The notes beneath the pieces were generated by a model. The model had not been told where the DNA came from. It did no database searches and worked only from the letters and a program-made list of their open reading frames with translations. From NCBI GenBank assembly GCA_964409595.1, contig CAYPDR010000018.1, positions 123,384-187,383 on the forward strand: 64,000 bases of DNA, in the 5' to 3' direction. Positions 1 to 9,391 of this stretch are shown here, one piece after another. Position 1 is the stretch's first letter, and every line of letters begins with the position of its first letter. This DNA is from an uncultured Dehalococcoidia bacterium (lineage in GTDB: Bacteria > Chloroflexota > Dehalococcoidia > Lucifugimonadales > UBA826). The position numbers and the translations under genes are program-made.

Positions 1-183
1 GAGGATTAGATTATTCTTTACTCCCCTTTTAAGAGTACCGTCCATAACAGCAAGGTCATGATGGCAGATTCCGCACGCATCGACCCTCAGGACAACACCA
101 TCTACAGGCAACGTTGGCTCACTAATGTCAACTAAATCAAAAACCGGATTCTCACTAGCTTCTTTTAATATAAGAGCCTTCAT
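1..183 (-). CDS. zinc-dependent (MDR family) alcohol dehydrogenase, N-terminal fragment; CDS runs off the left edge
   Basis: Manual minus-strand translation from ATG (rc of cat 181-183): MKALILKEASENPVFDLVDISEPTLPVDGVVLRVDACGICHHDLAVMDGTLKRG... The CGICHxD motif is the catalytic-zinc ligand motif of MDR dehydrogenases. It starts 5 nt after the stop of the upstream gene. It is absent from the ORF track because it is truncated. Confidence 0.6.
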   Translation of the reverse strand, partial: MKALILKEASENPVFDLVDISEPTLPVDGVVLRVDACGICHHDLAVMDGTLKRGVKNNLIL

Positions 184-188
184 CCCAT

Positions 189-1079
189 CTACTCTTCTAG
201 TTTGTCAATAAATTCAGACGCCACTCTTATCGTCTCCCAAGCCGTTCGATCCAGATCGATAGTTTCAGGAGTTTCGCTAGCGAATGGCGTGGAATCAAGT
301 AGCCTATATATCTCCGCTGCACCCATATGGAAATACGGAGTAACGCCCAAGTCTTTGAACGTAGCCGATATCTCCTCCATTTCACCTATCCACCTATGCG
401 AGTTTGCTGGTAGCCGCGATATCCCTGATTCCATAGAGGAGAGATGGAATTGCTGACTCCCAGAGAATTCTTCACGAAGATGCTCCGTCAATCCCATCTT
501 GTGAGCGGCCACTAGCAACGCGACCTGAAGTGTGTTGATACCTTTAGTCATTGCCGCATAACACATTTTTATACCCGATGCTTGACCTATCTGATCCCCA
601 ACGGATTTCACAGTGATACCCATTCCGTCCAATTCGGTGGCAACGTCAGTGTGAGGCCCAGAAACATAGAGCCTTGTTTTCTCACCCTTAGTAGGAGGCG
701 AACCTATAATACCCCCATCAATGAAACGCCCCCCCGAATTATTAATTATCGAAGCGATATTTTTTGCTGATGTTGGGGAGATAGCGTTGCAATCAGCAAA
801 ATATGTCTCCTCCCCTGTATCTTTGAAAACTTCGGCAACTTTCAACGCTAAGGATTCCGCCTCATCAGGGACCAAAATTGACAATACAAGGTCAGCCTCG
901 ATTATTAAACGCTCCATTGAACTCACCACTCGTAAATTGCCAAGTTTAGCGAGAGACCGAGTTCTATCGCTTCTCCCTTCAAGACACGTTATAACGTCGT
1001 ATCCGTTATTTCCAAGAACCTTACCAACAGAATGACCCATGTCCCCTGGACTAAGAATAGCTACGGTTTTAACAAACAT
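189..1079 (-). CDS. NAD(P)-binding dehydrogenase (6-phosphogluconate-dehydrogenase-like N-domain, DUF1932-type C-domain)
   Basis: 296 aa. N-terminal Rossmann-like VAILSPGDMGHSVG and a helical C-domain typical of the beta-hydroxyacid dehydrogenase-like fold. AAGGAG RBS (rc of 1090-1095). Confidence 0.55.
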   Translation of the reverse strand: MFVKTVAILSPGDMGHSVGKVLGNNGYDVITCLEGRSDRTRSLAKLGNLRVVSSMERLIIEADLVLSILVPDEAESLALKVAEVFKDTGEETYFADCNAISPTSAKNIASIINNSGGRFIDGGIIGSPPTKGEKTRLYVSGPHTDVATELDGMGITVKSVGDQIGQASGIKMCYAAMTKGINTLQVALLVAAHKMGLTEHLREEFSGSQQFHLSSMESGISRLPANSHRWIGEMEEISATFKDLGVTPYFHMGAAEIYRLLDSTPFASETPETIDLDRTAWETIRVASEFIDKLEE

Positions 1080-1119
1080 AACAATACATCTCCTTAAAAT
1101 ACAGCCTTGTCACCCGTAC

Positions 1120-1128
1120 CTTATAGCA
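1120..1128 (-). promoter_or_regulatory. extended -10 element TGCTATAAG upstream of the 189-1079 dehydrogenase gene
   Basis: Minus strand reads TGCTATAAG, about 40 nt upstream of ATG 1079 with AAGGAG in between. Confidence 0.3.
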
Positions 1129-1260
1129 CCTGATTCCTATTATCTAGACTATGGATTGTAGGTTAAGAAGAGTGCTGAAAAAAGATGCAATCCGCTGGCC
1201 GATCACATGATAGACTTGCAAATATTGGACTATCTTACCAAGCCAGTAACGGAGATTATT

Positions 1261-2115
1261 ATGCGACTCGGTGCCCATGTTTCAACATCAGGTGGACTTA
1301 GCAAGGCAGTAGACAGGGCCCATGAGATCGGCGCAGAAACTATACAGATATTCGCATCCTCTCCTAGAGCTTGGCGATTCAAACATCCAGATGAAACTGA
1401 GATTAGTCTTTTCAAACATAAATCGGATAAAGGCGGAGTAAAACCTTGCTATATACATGCTAGTTACCTCGTTAATATTGGTGGTGCTTTAGATCAAATA
1501 GACAAGTCTGTTGATTCCCTTGTGAAAAACATGAAGGTGGCAGGAGACATTGGTGCTGAGGGAGTAATTTTCCACGGAGGGAGTCACAAAGGAAAAGGGT
1601 TTGATCTAGTTATAGACCAAGCAGTGGAATGTCTTAAAAGAGTTTTGGACGAATCTCCAGATAATGTTTGGCTCTGCCTAGAAAACAGCGCGGGAATGGG
1701 TGCTCACATTGGATCATCTTTCGAAGAAATAAGTCGAATTATTTATGGGGTAGACCGTCCAAATATGAAAGTGTGTCTTGACACTGAACATATGTTCGCG
1801 GCGGGTTACAACATCGCGTCTGAGGACGACATAGCAAAAGTAATGGAGGATTTCAACCGACAGATAGGACTACATAAATTGGCCGCCGTCCACGCCAACG
1901 ACTCTAAAGTAGAACTCTCAGCCGGCGTAGACAGACACGAAAACATCGGTGAGGGATTTATAGGGATCGAGGGATTCAAATCAATAATGAATCACCCCGC
2001 ATTCCGCGACGTGCCATTCATGTTAGAGGTCCCGGGTTTCGATAACAAGGGACCAGATAAAAAAAACTTAGACCGTTTGAAAGATTTGCGTCAAGAGCTA
2101 GGAATAGAATTTTGA
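1261..2115 (+). CDS. nfo: endonuclease IV (AP endonuclease, deoxyribonuclease IV)
   Basis: MRLGAHVSTSGG...IQIFASSPRAW...IHASYLVNIG...FHGGSH...LENSAG...DTEHMFAAGY...HANDS is the Nfo/xylose-isomerase-like TIM barrel pattern. Start moved from ORF-track 1207 to ATG 1261, which sits behind a GGAG RBS and matches the usual Nfo N-terminus. Confidence 0.85.
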   Translation: MRLGAHVSTSGGLSKAVDRAHEIGAETIQIFASSPRAWRFKHPDETEISLFKHKSDKGGVKPCYIHASYLVNIGGALDQIDKSVDSLVKNMKVAGDIGAEGVIFHGGSHKGKGFDLVIDQAVECLKRVLDESPDNVWLCLENSAGMGAHIGSSFEEISRIIYGVDRPNMKVCLDTEHMFAAGYNIASEDDIAKVMEDFNRQIGLHKLAAVHANDSKVELSAGVDRHENIGEGFIGIEGFKSIMNHPAFRDVPFMLEVPGFDNKGPDKKNLDRLKDLRQELGIEF

Positions 2116-3248
2116 CAACCCAAAACACAGACCCGCCGACAGATTCAGACATGAAACGTTACAAAGAGTACCTAAATGCTGAATTAGAAGCCGCTGCCAT
2201 GTATCAAATACTAGCAAATAACGACCATTCTCCGGAGAGAGCTGAAATATTCTCACAACTCATGGAATCGGAGATGCGACACGCCAACCTGTGGGCTGAC
2301 CGTTTAGGGATCTCTGCCAACTCCATAAAACCGCCCAAGAATACATTGAAACTAATCTACATTAGGTTGATCAGTCGATGGTTTGGTGTAGAGAAAATAC
2401 TGCCGTGGCTTGCAAGAATTGAATCAGCCGAGATCGGTGCGTACAGTCGAGATCCGGAAGGAAAAGAATTGGTTGAGGAAGAAAAGAGCCACGCTCGTAT
2501 ACTGTCGGAGTTGTCATCCGGGACATTACAACATACGTTATCAATTCGGGAACCTGCCCATAGATTCAGTAGCGGCGGGGGACTAAGGGCAGCCGTGTTG
2601 GGTGTAAATGATGGATTAGTATCAAACTTTAGTTTGGTTATGGGATTTGCCGGAGGAACTACCGCCGCAGGAAAACCAGAATTTATTCTTCTAGCAGGCC
2701 TTTCTGGCTTAATTGCCGGAGCTTTTTCTATGGCCGCTGGTGAATACATCTCCATGAGGTCTCAACGAGATGTATATGAACACCAGATCGACGTGGAAAA
2801 AGCCGAACTTGAGGAATGGCCGGAAGAAGAACAAAAAGAGCTTGTCTTAATATACAGGGCTAAAGGACTCTCTGAGGACGAGGCGGAAGTTGTAGCTTCA
2901 AGAATCATGAACCGTCCTGACGTAGCGCTCGACACCATGGTTAAAGAAGAACTAGGACTGGATCCTCAACAACTCGGCTCTCCATGGGGAGCCGCGCTTA
3001 GCAGTTTTTCTGCATTTTCGGTGGGGGCTCTCGTTCCCATTATTCCCTTTTTTTTCAATGTAGGGATTGGAGCTATTCTATCAAGTGCGATCCTCGCGGC
3101 TGTAGCCCTGATCGTGGTCGGTGGCACTCTTACCGCCAGTAGCGGGAAAAGCCCCCTATGGGGGTCATGCCGTATGCTGCTCGCGGGATCTTTAGCAGCA
3201 GCCGTCACCTACGGGGTCGGATTCGCCATTGGTACCGCAGTGTCATAA
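2112..3248 (+). CDS. ferritin-like (CCC1_N) domain fused to a VIT1/CCC1 family Fe/Mn transporter
   Basis: 378 aa. The N-terminal helical EAAAMYQILA...ESEMRHANLW region looks ferritin/rubrerythrin-like. The C-terminal half has the VIT1 pattern (GVNDGLVSNFSLVMG, AGEYISM) and glycine-rich TM helices. The alternative start ATG 2151 (MKRYKEYL) is equally plausible. Confidence 0.7.
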   Translation: MTTQNTDPPTDSDMKRYKEYLNAELEAAAMYQILANNDHSPERAEIFSQLMESEMRHANLWADRLGISANSIKPPKNTLKLIYIRLISRWFGVEKILPWLARIESAEIGAYSRDPEGKELVEEEKSHARILSELSSGTLQHTLSIREPAHRFSSGGGLRAAVLGVNDGLVSNFSLVMGFAGGTTAAGKPEFILLAGLSGLIAGAFSMAAGEYISMRSQRDVYEHQIDVEKAELEEWPEEEQKELVLIYRAKGLSEDEAEVVASRIMNRPDVALDTMVKEELGLDPQQLGSPWGAALSSFSAFSVGALVPIIPFFFNVGIGAILSSAILAAVALIVVGGTLTASSGKSPLWGSCRMLLAGSLAAAVTYGVGFAIGTAVS

Positions 3249-3320
3249 ACCCCCATACCGTTTTCCGTAATTAATTGAACTTTAATCACGTCGTACATAT
3301 ATTTAAAACAGGAGCTCTGG

Positions 3321-4436
3321 GTGATACCGAAAAAACTTAAACTCAGACCCAGGGCGAAAGATCTGGGTATCAATATCGGTTTGCTACCTCACGGACAACA
3401 CAACACGATAACCGACGTCGAAGGAGTGAAAATTGGGCACTCTACAATAATTAGGGGCAATGGTCAGCTAAAACCGGGAGAAGGACCGGTCAGGACGGGA
3501 ATAACAATTGTACTCCCACATTCATCCAACCTATACAAAGCGAAAGTTCCTGCGGCGGCCTACATTCTCAATGGATTCGGCAAATCACTAGGACTAACCC
3601 AGGTCATGGAACTCGGAAGGTTAGAAAGCCCTATAGCTTTGACCAGTACTTTGAACGTTTGGCGCGTAGCTGATTCAATGATCGAATATTTGTCCGATAG
3701 CAACCCCGGTGTTCAATCATTTAACCCAGTAGTTATCGAATGTAATGATAGGTTCTTAAATGACTCTATCGGACGACATGTGGGTAAAAGCCATCTAATA
3801 GAATCTATAACCAATGCTTCAACACCTAGTTTACAGGAAGGAAACGTAGGTGCAGGAACCGGAATGTCCGGATTCGGATGGAAGGCTGGCATAGGGACCT
3901 CCTCTAGAATCTGCGAATCCCTTGAAGGTAAGTACACCGTTGGGGTTCTTGTCCTGTGTAACATGGGGGACCCAAAAGATCTCCGAATAGACAGCCTGCA
4001 AGTTGGCAGATATATCACTCCGCCAGGTGTCAATGACGAGTCGGGAGGCTCCGTCTGTTTTATTGTGGCTACCAACGCTCCATTAACTGCGAGACAGTTG
4101 GGTAGATTAGCTAGCCGGGCGCCGATCGGACTAGCTAGGACGGGAGGAATAGTTAGCCACGGTAGTGGTACCCTGAGCATTGCATTTTCAAATTCCGACG
4201 ACAGGCCTAAAATCGATGACGCTCACCTTAGTACAATTTTTAGAGGTGTGGTAGAGGCGACCGAAGAGGCAATAATAAATTCCGTTCTTAAGGCGGAAAC
4301 TCTTATTGGGAGAGATGGAAACATACGTCACGCTATCCCCATAGACAGTTTGACAACCATTTTAAATGCTCAGCAATCAGCTCTTGAAAAAATCCCTACT
4401 CAAGTCAGGCAAGACACGAACAAAGGAGAGTCTTAA
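3321..4436 (+). CDS. DmpA/P1 (peptidase S58) family aminopeptidase
   Basis: 371 aa. GITDVEGVKIGH...TGITIVLP...GNVGAGTG...FIVATNAPL is the pattern of L-aminopeptidase/D-esterase DmpA-like Ntn hydrolases. GTG start behind AGGAG. Confidence 0.65.
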   Translation: MIPKKLKLRPRAKDLGINIGLLPHGQHNTITDVEGVKIGHSTIIRGNGQLKPGEGPVRTGITIVLPHSSNLYKAKVPAAAYILNGFGKSLGLTQVMELGRLESPIALTSTLNVWRVADSMIEYLSDSNPGVQSFNPVVIECNDRFLNDSIGRHVGKSHLIESITNASTPSLQEGNVGAGTGMSGFGWKAGIGTSSRICESLEGKYTVGVLVLCNMGDPKDLRIDSLQVGRYITPPGVNDESGGSVCFIVATNAPLTARQLGRLASRAPIGLARTGGIVSHGSGTLSIAFSNSDDRPKIDDAHLSTIFRGVVEATEEAIINSVLKAETLIGRDGNIRHAIPIDSLTTILNAQQSALEKIPTQVRQDTNKGES

Positions 4437-5192
4437 ATGGTACTGGACGGAAAGGTTTGTATTATTACCGGTGCCGGAAGTGGGATCGGTAAAGCTACTG
4501 CACATCAGATGGCCTATGAAGGTGCGAAAATAGCCTTGGTCGGCAGAACTTTCTCCAAGGTGAATGTAGTTAAGTCAGAGTTAGAGTCCGAAGGAGTCAC
4601 TTGTGAACCTTTCGGTCTCGATGTGTCAGATCAACGGGCTGTCAAAAAAATGGTGGCGGAGGTCATCCAGAAATTCGGCAGAGTTGATATTTTACTTAAC
4701 AATGCCGGCCACAGCTCTATCCACAGACGATTACTATCAACAACCCCCGAAGACATCTCTGCTGTGGTAGATTCCAACTTAGTAGGTACGATTTACTGTA
4801 CTCAAGAGGTAGTTCCGCACATGCTAGATAATTCAGAGGGAACGATAATCAATGTCGCCTCGATGGCCGGAATAAACCCAAGCGGGCTGGGGGGAATGAT
4901 TTACAGTGCGGTGAAAGCGGCAGTTATTAACTTTACTGGCTTTCTCAACAATGATCTCAAGAATACCGGCATTCGGGCTAGTGTAGTTATACCAGGTGAA
5001 GTAGATACACCAATATTAGACAAGAGGCCTACACCTCCAGGAAAGGACGCTCGGTCAACAATGGTAACTGCAGAAGACACGGCCGACGCAATCACGCTAA
5101 TTGCTAGACTCCCAAACAGAGCCAACATACCGGAGCTACAAATTCGCCCTACTTACGTACGAGATTCGTCAGCTGAGTCGGAACAATTGTAA
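4437..5192 (+). CDS. short-chain dehydrogenase/reductase (SDR)
   Basis: TGAGSGIGKA cofactor motif, NNAG, and the YSAVK catalytic Tyr-x3-Lys. Its start abuts the upstream stop (TAAATG). Confidence 0.85.
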   Translation: MVLDGKVCIITGAGSGIGKATAHQMAYEGAKIALVGRTFSKVNVVKSELESEGVTCEPFGLDVSDQRAVKKMVAEVIQKFGRVDILLNNAGHSSIHRRLLSTTPEDISAVVDSNLVGTIYCTQEVVPHMLDNSEGTIINVASMAGINPSGLGGMIYSAVKAAVINFTGFLNNDLKNTGIRASVVIPGEVDTPILDKRPTPPGKDARSTMVTAEDTADAITLIARLPNRANIPELQIRPTYVRDSSAESEQL

Positions 5193-5259
5193 GCAAAATA
5201 GTTATAAGTAAATAGGACGAACCATTTCGAGTACAACGTAAATCGGAGGTGTTAATTCT

Positions 5260-6405
5260 ATGGTAAGCAATGAATCAGAAAGCATCTACTCAGATATCGG
5301 AGTTAAACCGATCATCAACGCGATAGGTAGCGTAACTATGCTGGGTGGTTCAACCCCCATACCAGAGGTTGTAGAAGCAATGGAACGGGCTGGTGAATCC
5401 TACATACCGTTGATGGAGCTAGAAGAGAAAGCAGGAGATTTCGTCGCCGATATGATTGGTGTACCTGCAGCGTATGTAACCTCAGGAGCAGGATCAGCAC
5501 TAACCTTAGCAGCAGCAGCAGTTATGGCTGGAGATGATGACGAATTAATTCAACAGCTTCCAAACACCTCCGGGATGAAAAACGAGATATTAATCCAGAG
5601 GCGTCAAAGATATTGGTATGATCGTTGCCTTGAGGCTTCAGGTGCAAAACTCGTAGAATTCGGCACAGACGAAAAGACTTCTCGAGGTGACCTAGAGGCA
5701 GCGATCGGACCCAAAACTGCCGCAGTCCACTTTTATATGGTCGAACAAAACCATGATGCAAAATGCCTCTCGCTAGAAGAAACTATAGAAATCGCCCATG
5801 AAAAAGAAGTGCCTGTTCTCGTCGATGCTGCAGGACAAATATATCCAATAGACAACTTTGGCAAGTATGTGAAAATGGGCGCGGACTTCCAGTGTATAGC
5901 GGCCAAATACATGGGAGCCTCTCAATCAACTGGCCTAGCTCTCGGGACCAAGGAAATGGTTAGAAAAATATCGAAGCAATCTTTTGTTGGGTATGAAGGT
6001 AGGAGAATAAGGGGTATCGGCAGACCCCACAAAGTGGACCGCCAGGAAATGGTAGGGGTAGTGGCCGCCGTAAGGCATTGGATGACTTTGAATCATGAAG
6101 AAAGGCTAGCCAATATAGAGAGCCGGAGTATGCGTCTCCTAAATATCCTGACTGGAATAAAAGGAGTCTCAGTCAATTTAATTGACAACATAGTTGGTCA
6201 TCAGCCTTTTGGAATTGAATTGAGATTAGAACAGTCAATTATGGGAGTCAGCTTGCAAGATTTGGTCGATCAACTAAAGGAAGGAACCCCCCCCATCTGG
6301 ACAAGAGTCAGAGACGGTGACGACCACATAGAAATTCACATGTTTGGTCTCAAAGAAGGAGAAGAGGAGATAGTAGGTAATCGAATCGTAGAATTACTTA
6401 ACTAA
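5260..6405 (+). CDS. SelA-like / DgaE-like fold-type I PLP-dependent enzyme
   Basis: 381 aa. The N-terminus INAIGSVTMLGGS...VTSGAGSALTLAAAA and a candidate PLP lysine in IAAKYMGASQSTG resemble the L-seryl-tRNA(Sec) selenium transferase-related family. GGAGG RBS. Confidence 0.55.
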   Translation: MVSNESESIYSDIGVKPIINAIGSVTMLGGSTPIPEVVEAMERAGESYIPLMELEEKAGDFVADMIGVPAAYVTSGAGSALTLAAAAVMAGDDDELIQQLPNTSGMKNEILIQRRQRYWYDRCLEASGAKLVEFGTDEKTSRGDLEAAIGPKTAAVHFYMVEQNHDAKCLSLEETIEIAHEKEVPVLVDAAGQIYPIDNFGKYVKMGADFQCIAAKYMGASQSTGLALGTKEMVRKISKQSFVGYEGRRIRGIGRPHKVDRQEMVGVVAAVRHWMTLNHEERLANIESRSMRLLNILTGIKGVSVNLIDNIVGHQPFGIELRLEQSIMGVSLQDLVDQLKEGTPPIWTRVRDGDDHIEIHMFGLKEGEEEIVGNRIVELLN

Positions 6406-6414
6406 CTACTACTG

Positions 6415-7344
6415 ATGAAACACAGGAAATTAGGCAAATGTGGTCCTCTAGTACCTGCCATATGCTTCGGAGCCTGGCCGATTGGGGGAGGTCTGGGTTC
6501 CGTCGATACTAAGCAAGCAATTGCTGCCATTCACTGTGCTCTGGATGAAGGAATCAACTTCATAGATACGGCCGAGGGGTACCAAACCAGCGAATCTATC
6601 CTCGGTAAAGCTCTGGTTGGCAAAAGGCACGAAGTAATATTAGCTACCAAACTTTCTGGAGATGATCATTCCAAAAAACATCTCCGCTCAGCGCTCGAAA
6701 ACAGTTTGACATCTTTGGGTACCGACTATATAGATCTTTACCAACTTCATAGTCCCCAGCCTCAGTGGCCAATCGAAGAAACTATGTCAAATCTTTTGCA
6801 ATTAAAAGAAGAAGGGAAAATTCGTTATATAGGAGTGTCAAATTTCTCATCGGTGCAGACCAAGCATGCTATGTCATATGGTCCCATTCAAACCTCCCAG
6901 CCCAGATATAATCTAATCTTCTGCGCTGAGGAAGAAGAAAACCTGACCTTCTGCCGTAATAATGGCATAGGTGTATTACCACATTCAGTTCTAGCTAAAG
7001 GTCTCCTAGTGGGCAAATATAAACCAGGACATACTTTCGCACACGATGATGAACGTAGATTGTTCAACTTCTTTCGTGGAGAACTATTTGACGAGATATA
7101 TTCGGTAACGCAGGATTTAGACAATTGGGCACAAGAGCAAGGCCGAGATATTTTACAACTCGCGGTGGCTTGGACTCTAGCTAATCCAGCAGTAAGCTCT
7201 GCCATAGTTGGTATGAAAAGTCCAAAACAAGTCAAACATGTGGCAAAGGCGGCTGACTGGGATCTCACAATATCGAACCTTGAGGAGGTAAAATTAATCA
7301 AAGGAAATTTAAGACCCCGCTGGGTGAAGGACTCTGCAAATTAA
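6415..7344 (+). CDS. aldo/keto reductase
   Basis: 309 aa. GAWPIGG...INFIDTAEGY...ATKL...IDLYQLHSP...YIGVSNF is the AKR signature. Confidence 0.85.
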   Translation: MKHRKLGKCGPLVPAICFGAWPIGGGLGSVDTKQAIAAIHCALDEGINFIDTAEGYQTSESILGKALVGKRHEVILATKLSGDDHSKKHLRSALENSLTSLGTDYIDLYQLHSPQPQWPIEETMSNLLQLKEEGKIRYIGVSNFSSVQTKHAMSYGPIQTSQPRYNLIFCAEEEENLTFCRNNGIGVLPHSVLAKGLLVGKYKPGHTFAHDDERRLFNFFRGELFDEIYSVTQDLDNWAQEQGRDILQLAVAWTLANPAVSSAIVGMKSPKQVKHVAKAADWDLTISNLEEVKLIKGNLRPRWVKDSAN

Positions 7345-7491
7345 ATCCTTAACCTTCATCAACCCTCTCACTATGGGCAAGATTGCCGATTATGATAAAA
7401 TTGCGAGGTTTTCGGTCCCATCGGTCTGGGATCTGAAGTAAATCATAAGACGGGAAAATACAAAATACGAGTTTATTAGGAGTACGGCCAG

Positions 7492-8175
7492 GTGGAAAAT
7501 CTGATTCTGGCGGTGGAAAAGAGAACCATTGTCGGGAAAAAAGTTTCCTCATTGAGGCGAGAAGGCGTTACCCCGCTTCATTTGTATGGAAGTGGAATAG
7601 TCTCCCAATCGCTCCAGTGTGATACTGCAATAGTAGGCAAGCTCATAAATCAGGCGGGTACTAACATACCTATTACCTTAACAGTCGAAGGTGACACTGG
7701 AGAGAATGTCTGCTTCGTTAGAGAAGTACAGTACCACCCAGTCACAGATAGACTTGTGCATGTAGATTTCATGAAGGTCGACGTAAACCGAGTAGTCAGG
7801 GCGCAGGTACCTATAGCAATAACAGGATTGTCCCCGGCGGTGAGGCACATGGGCGGGACGTTGCTTCAACCACTCCAAACAGTAACAGTTGAGGCGCTCC
7901 CTATGAATATCCCTCCTTCATATTCTCTCGACGCAGAATTGATCATAGACTTTGACACAAATCTTTTTGTAAGTGATCTCGAAAGTATAGATGGCGTTTC
8001 AATTATTAATGATGAGGGAGAACTGGTTGCGGGAGTTGTAGCCCCACGAATTGAAGCGGAACTAGAAATCGATGTTGGGGAAGGCGAAGAGGGAGAAGAA
8101 GGTACTGAAGCAGAGGAAGGTGAAGGGAGCGGAGGAGAATCCGGAACTGAAGAAAATTCTGATAATGGTTCCTGA
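7492..8175 (+). CDS. rplY: 50S ribosomal protein L25 / general stress protein Ctc, with acidic C-terminal tail
   Basis: The N-terminus LAVEKRTIVGKKVSSLRREGVTPLHLYG is the L25 5S-rRNA-binding motif, and the two-domain Ctc length fits. GTG start behind AGGAG. Confidence 0.8.
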   Translation: MENLILAVEKRTIVGKKVSSLRREGVTPLHLYGSGIVSQSLQCDTAIVGKLINQAGTNIPITLTVEGDTGENVCFVREVQYHPVTDRLVHVDFMKVDVNRVVRAQVPIAITGLSPAVRHMGGTLLQPLQTVTVEALPMNIPPSYSLDAELIIDFDTNLFVSDLESIDGVSIINDEGELVAGVVAPRIEAELEIDVGEGEEGEEGTEAEEGEGSGGESGTEENSDNGS

Positions 8176-8263
8176 ATATACCTGGCCAACCACAAGCGGG
8201 TAAGAACAAAATGTAATGGTCAAGTGGACACCATAGTTCTCAATTTCGTCGAGGTGTTCTGAA

Positions 8264-8941
8264 ATGTGCGGGCGGTTTACACTTTTTACAAATCTTTCCG
8301 AACTAGCAGAGAGATTCGGCTTCGACCCCTCAACAGTCCAACTCCGTAAAAATTTTAACGTAGCGCCCTCACAATCTGTTTTGACTGTTGTTGCAAACCC
8401 ATCAGGAACTGCACTGGCAAAACCAGAATTCATGGTCTGGGGATTACGCCCAAACTGGTCAAGTCGCCAATCAACACGACCAGGAATTATAAACGCTCGA
8501 GCTGAAACAGCTGCTGAAAAACCCAGTTTTCGTTCATCGTTTCGTAACAAAAGATGTCTGGTTATAGCAGATGGTTTTTACGAGTGGCTCAAAACAGACT
8601 CTGGAAAGAACCCAATGAGGATTCAGTTAAAAAATGGTAGCCCATTCGCGTTCGCTGGGCTGTGGAATAACGGTCTTGACATCAACGGAAGGGCTATAAG
8701 CACTTGCACAATTCTAACTACCGCATCAACTACTTTTATGCAACCGATCCACCACAGAATGCCAGTGATTCTTAAACGTGAAAACGAAGCCAGATGGATT
8801 GACCCTAAAATAAATTCTCCTAGCGACATACAATCCCTAATAGTTCAGGACCCTGACACCTATCTCCAGTCGTGGCAAGTGTCTAATCTAGTTAATTCGC
8901 CGCTAAATAATGATCCAAAATGTCTGGAAGCAGTGATCTGA
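8264..8941 (+). CDS. SOS response-associated peptidase (SRAP/YedK family, abasic-site DNA-protein crosslink)
   Basis: MCGRF N-terminus (catalytic Cys2), NARAET, FYEW, and the HHRMPV histidine motif. GAGGTG RBS. Confidence 0.85.
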   Translation: MCGRFTLFTNLSELAERFGFDPSTVQLRKNFNVAPSQSVLTVVANPSGTALAKPEFMVWGLRPNWSSRQSTRPGIINARAETAAEKPSFRSSFRNKRCLVIADGFYEWLKTDSGKNPMRIQLKNGSPFAFAGLWNNGLDINGRAISTCTILTTASTTFMQPIHHRMPVILKRENEARWIDPKINSPSDIQSLIVQDPDTYLQSWQVSNLVNSPLNNDPKCLEAVI

Positions 8942-9017
8942 ATTTCTACCTGTTGCTAAGATTTCAACCACCTATTATCCTTTTACCGAGTAACGAAATA
9001 CTAAGAGGCAATATATT

Positions 9018-9356
9018 ATGTCATTCATATCTTACACAGGTACAGCACACCTGCCAGGCGTAGAGGAAGAGGTCGATATCACAGCAACTATTGACGAGAA
9101 AAGTAATACAGTCTCAATTATGCTTGGCCGTGAGATTGGAGGCTCTACGGTCTGGAATGGTGGTGAGGTTGTAATTAACCAACGCCTTAAATACAGTGAG
9201 ATCACATTCCGCACCATTGACCTCCCGATTGAATCTATCGATCTAGTATGGAAATTTAACGCATCAAAACTTGATAATAGCCTTGCTGCAGTAATAGTGC
9301 CTCAGCCGAACAAATTGAGAGTCTCAGGGGAGAAAGGGTTTATCCTCAATAAATAA
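9018..9356 (+). CDS. hypothetical protein (112 aa, beta-rich)
   Basis: ORF with an AAGAGG RBS 8 nt upstream. I recognise no family. Confidence 0.4.
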   Translation: MSFISYTGTAHLPGVEEEVDITATIDEKSNTVSIMLGREIGGSTVWNGGEVVINQRLKYSEITFRTIDLPIESIDLVWKFNASKLDNSLAAVIVPQPNKLRVSGEKGFILNK

Positions 9357-9391
9357 ATCCTCGCCTTTACATCACCTGAACCAATAAGTTT

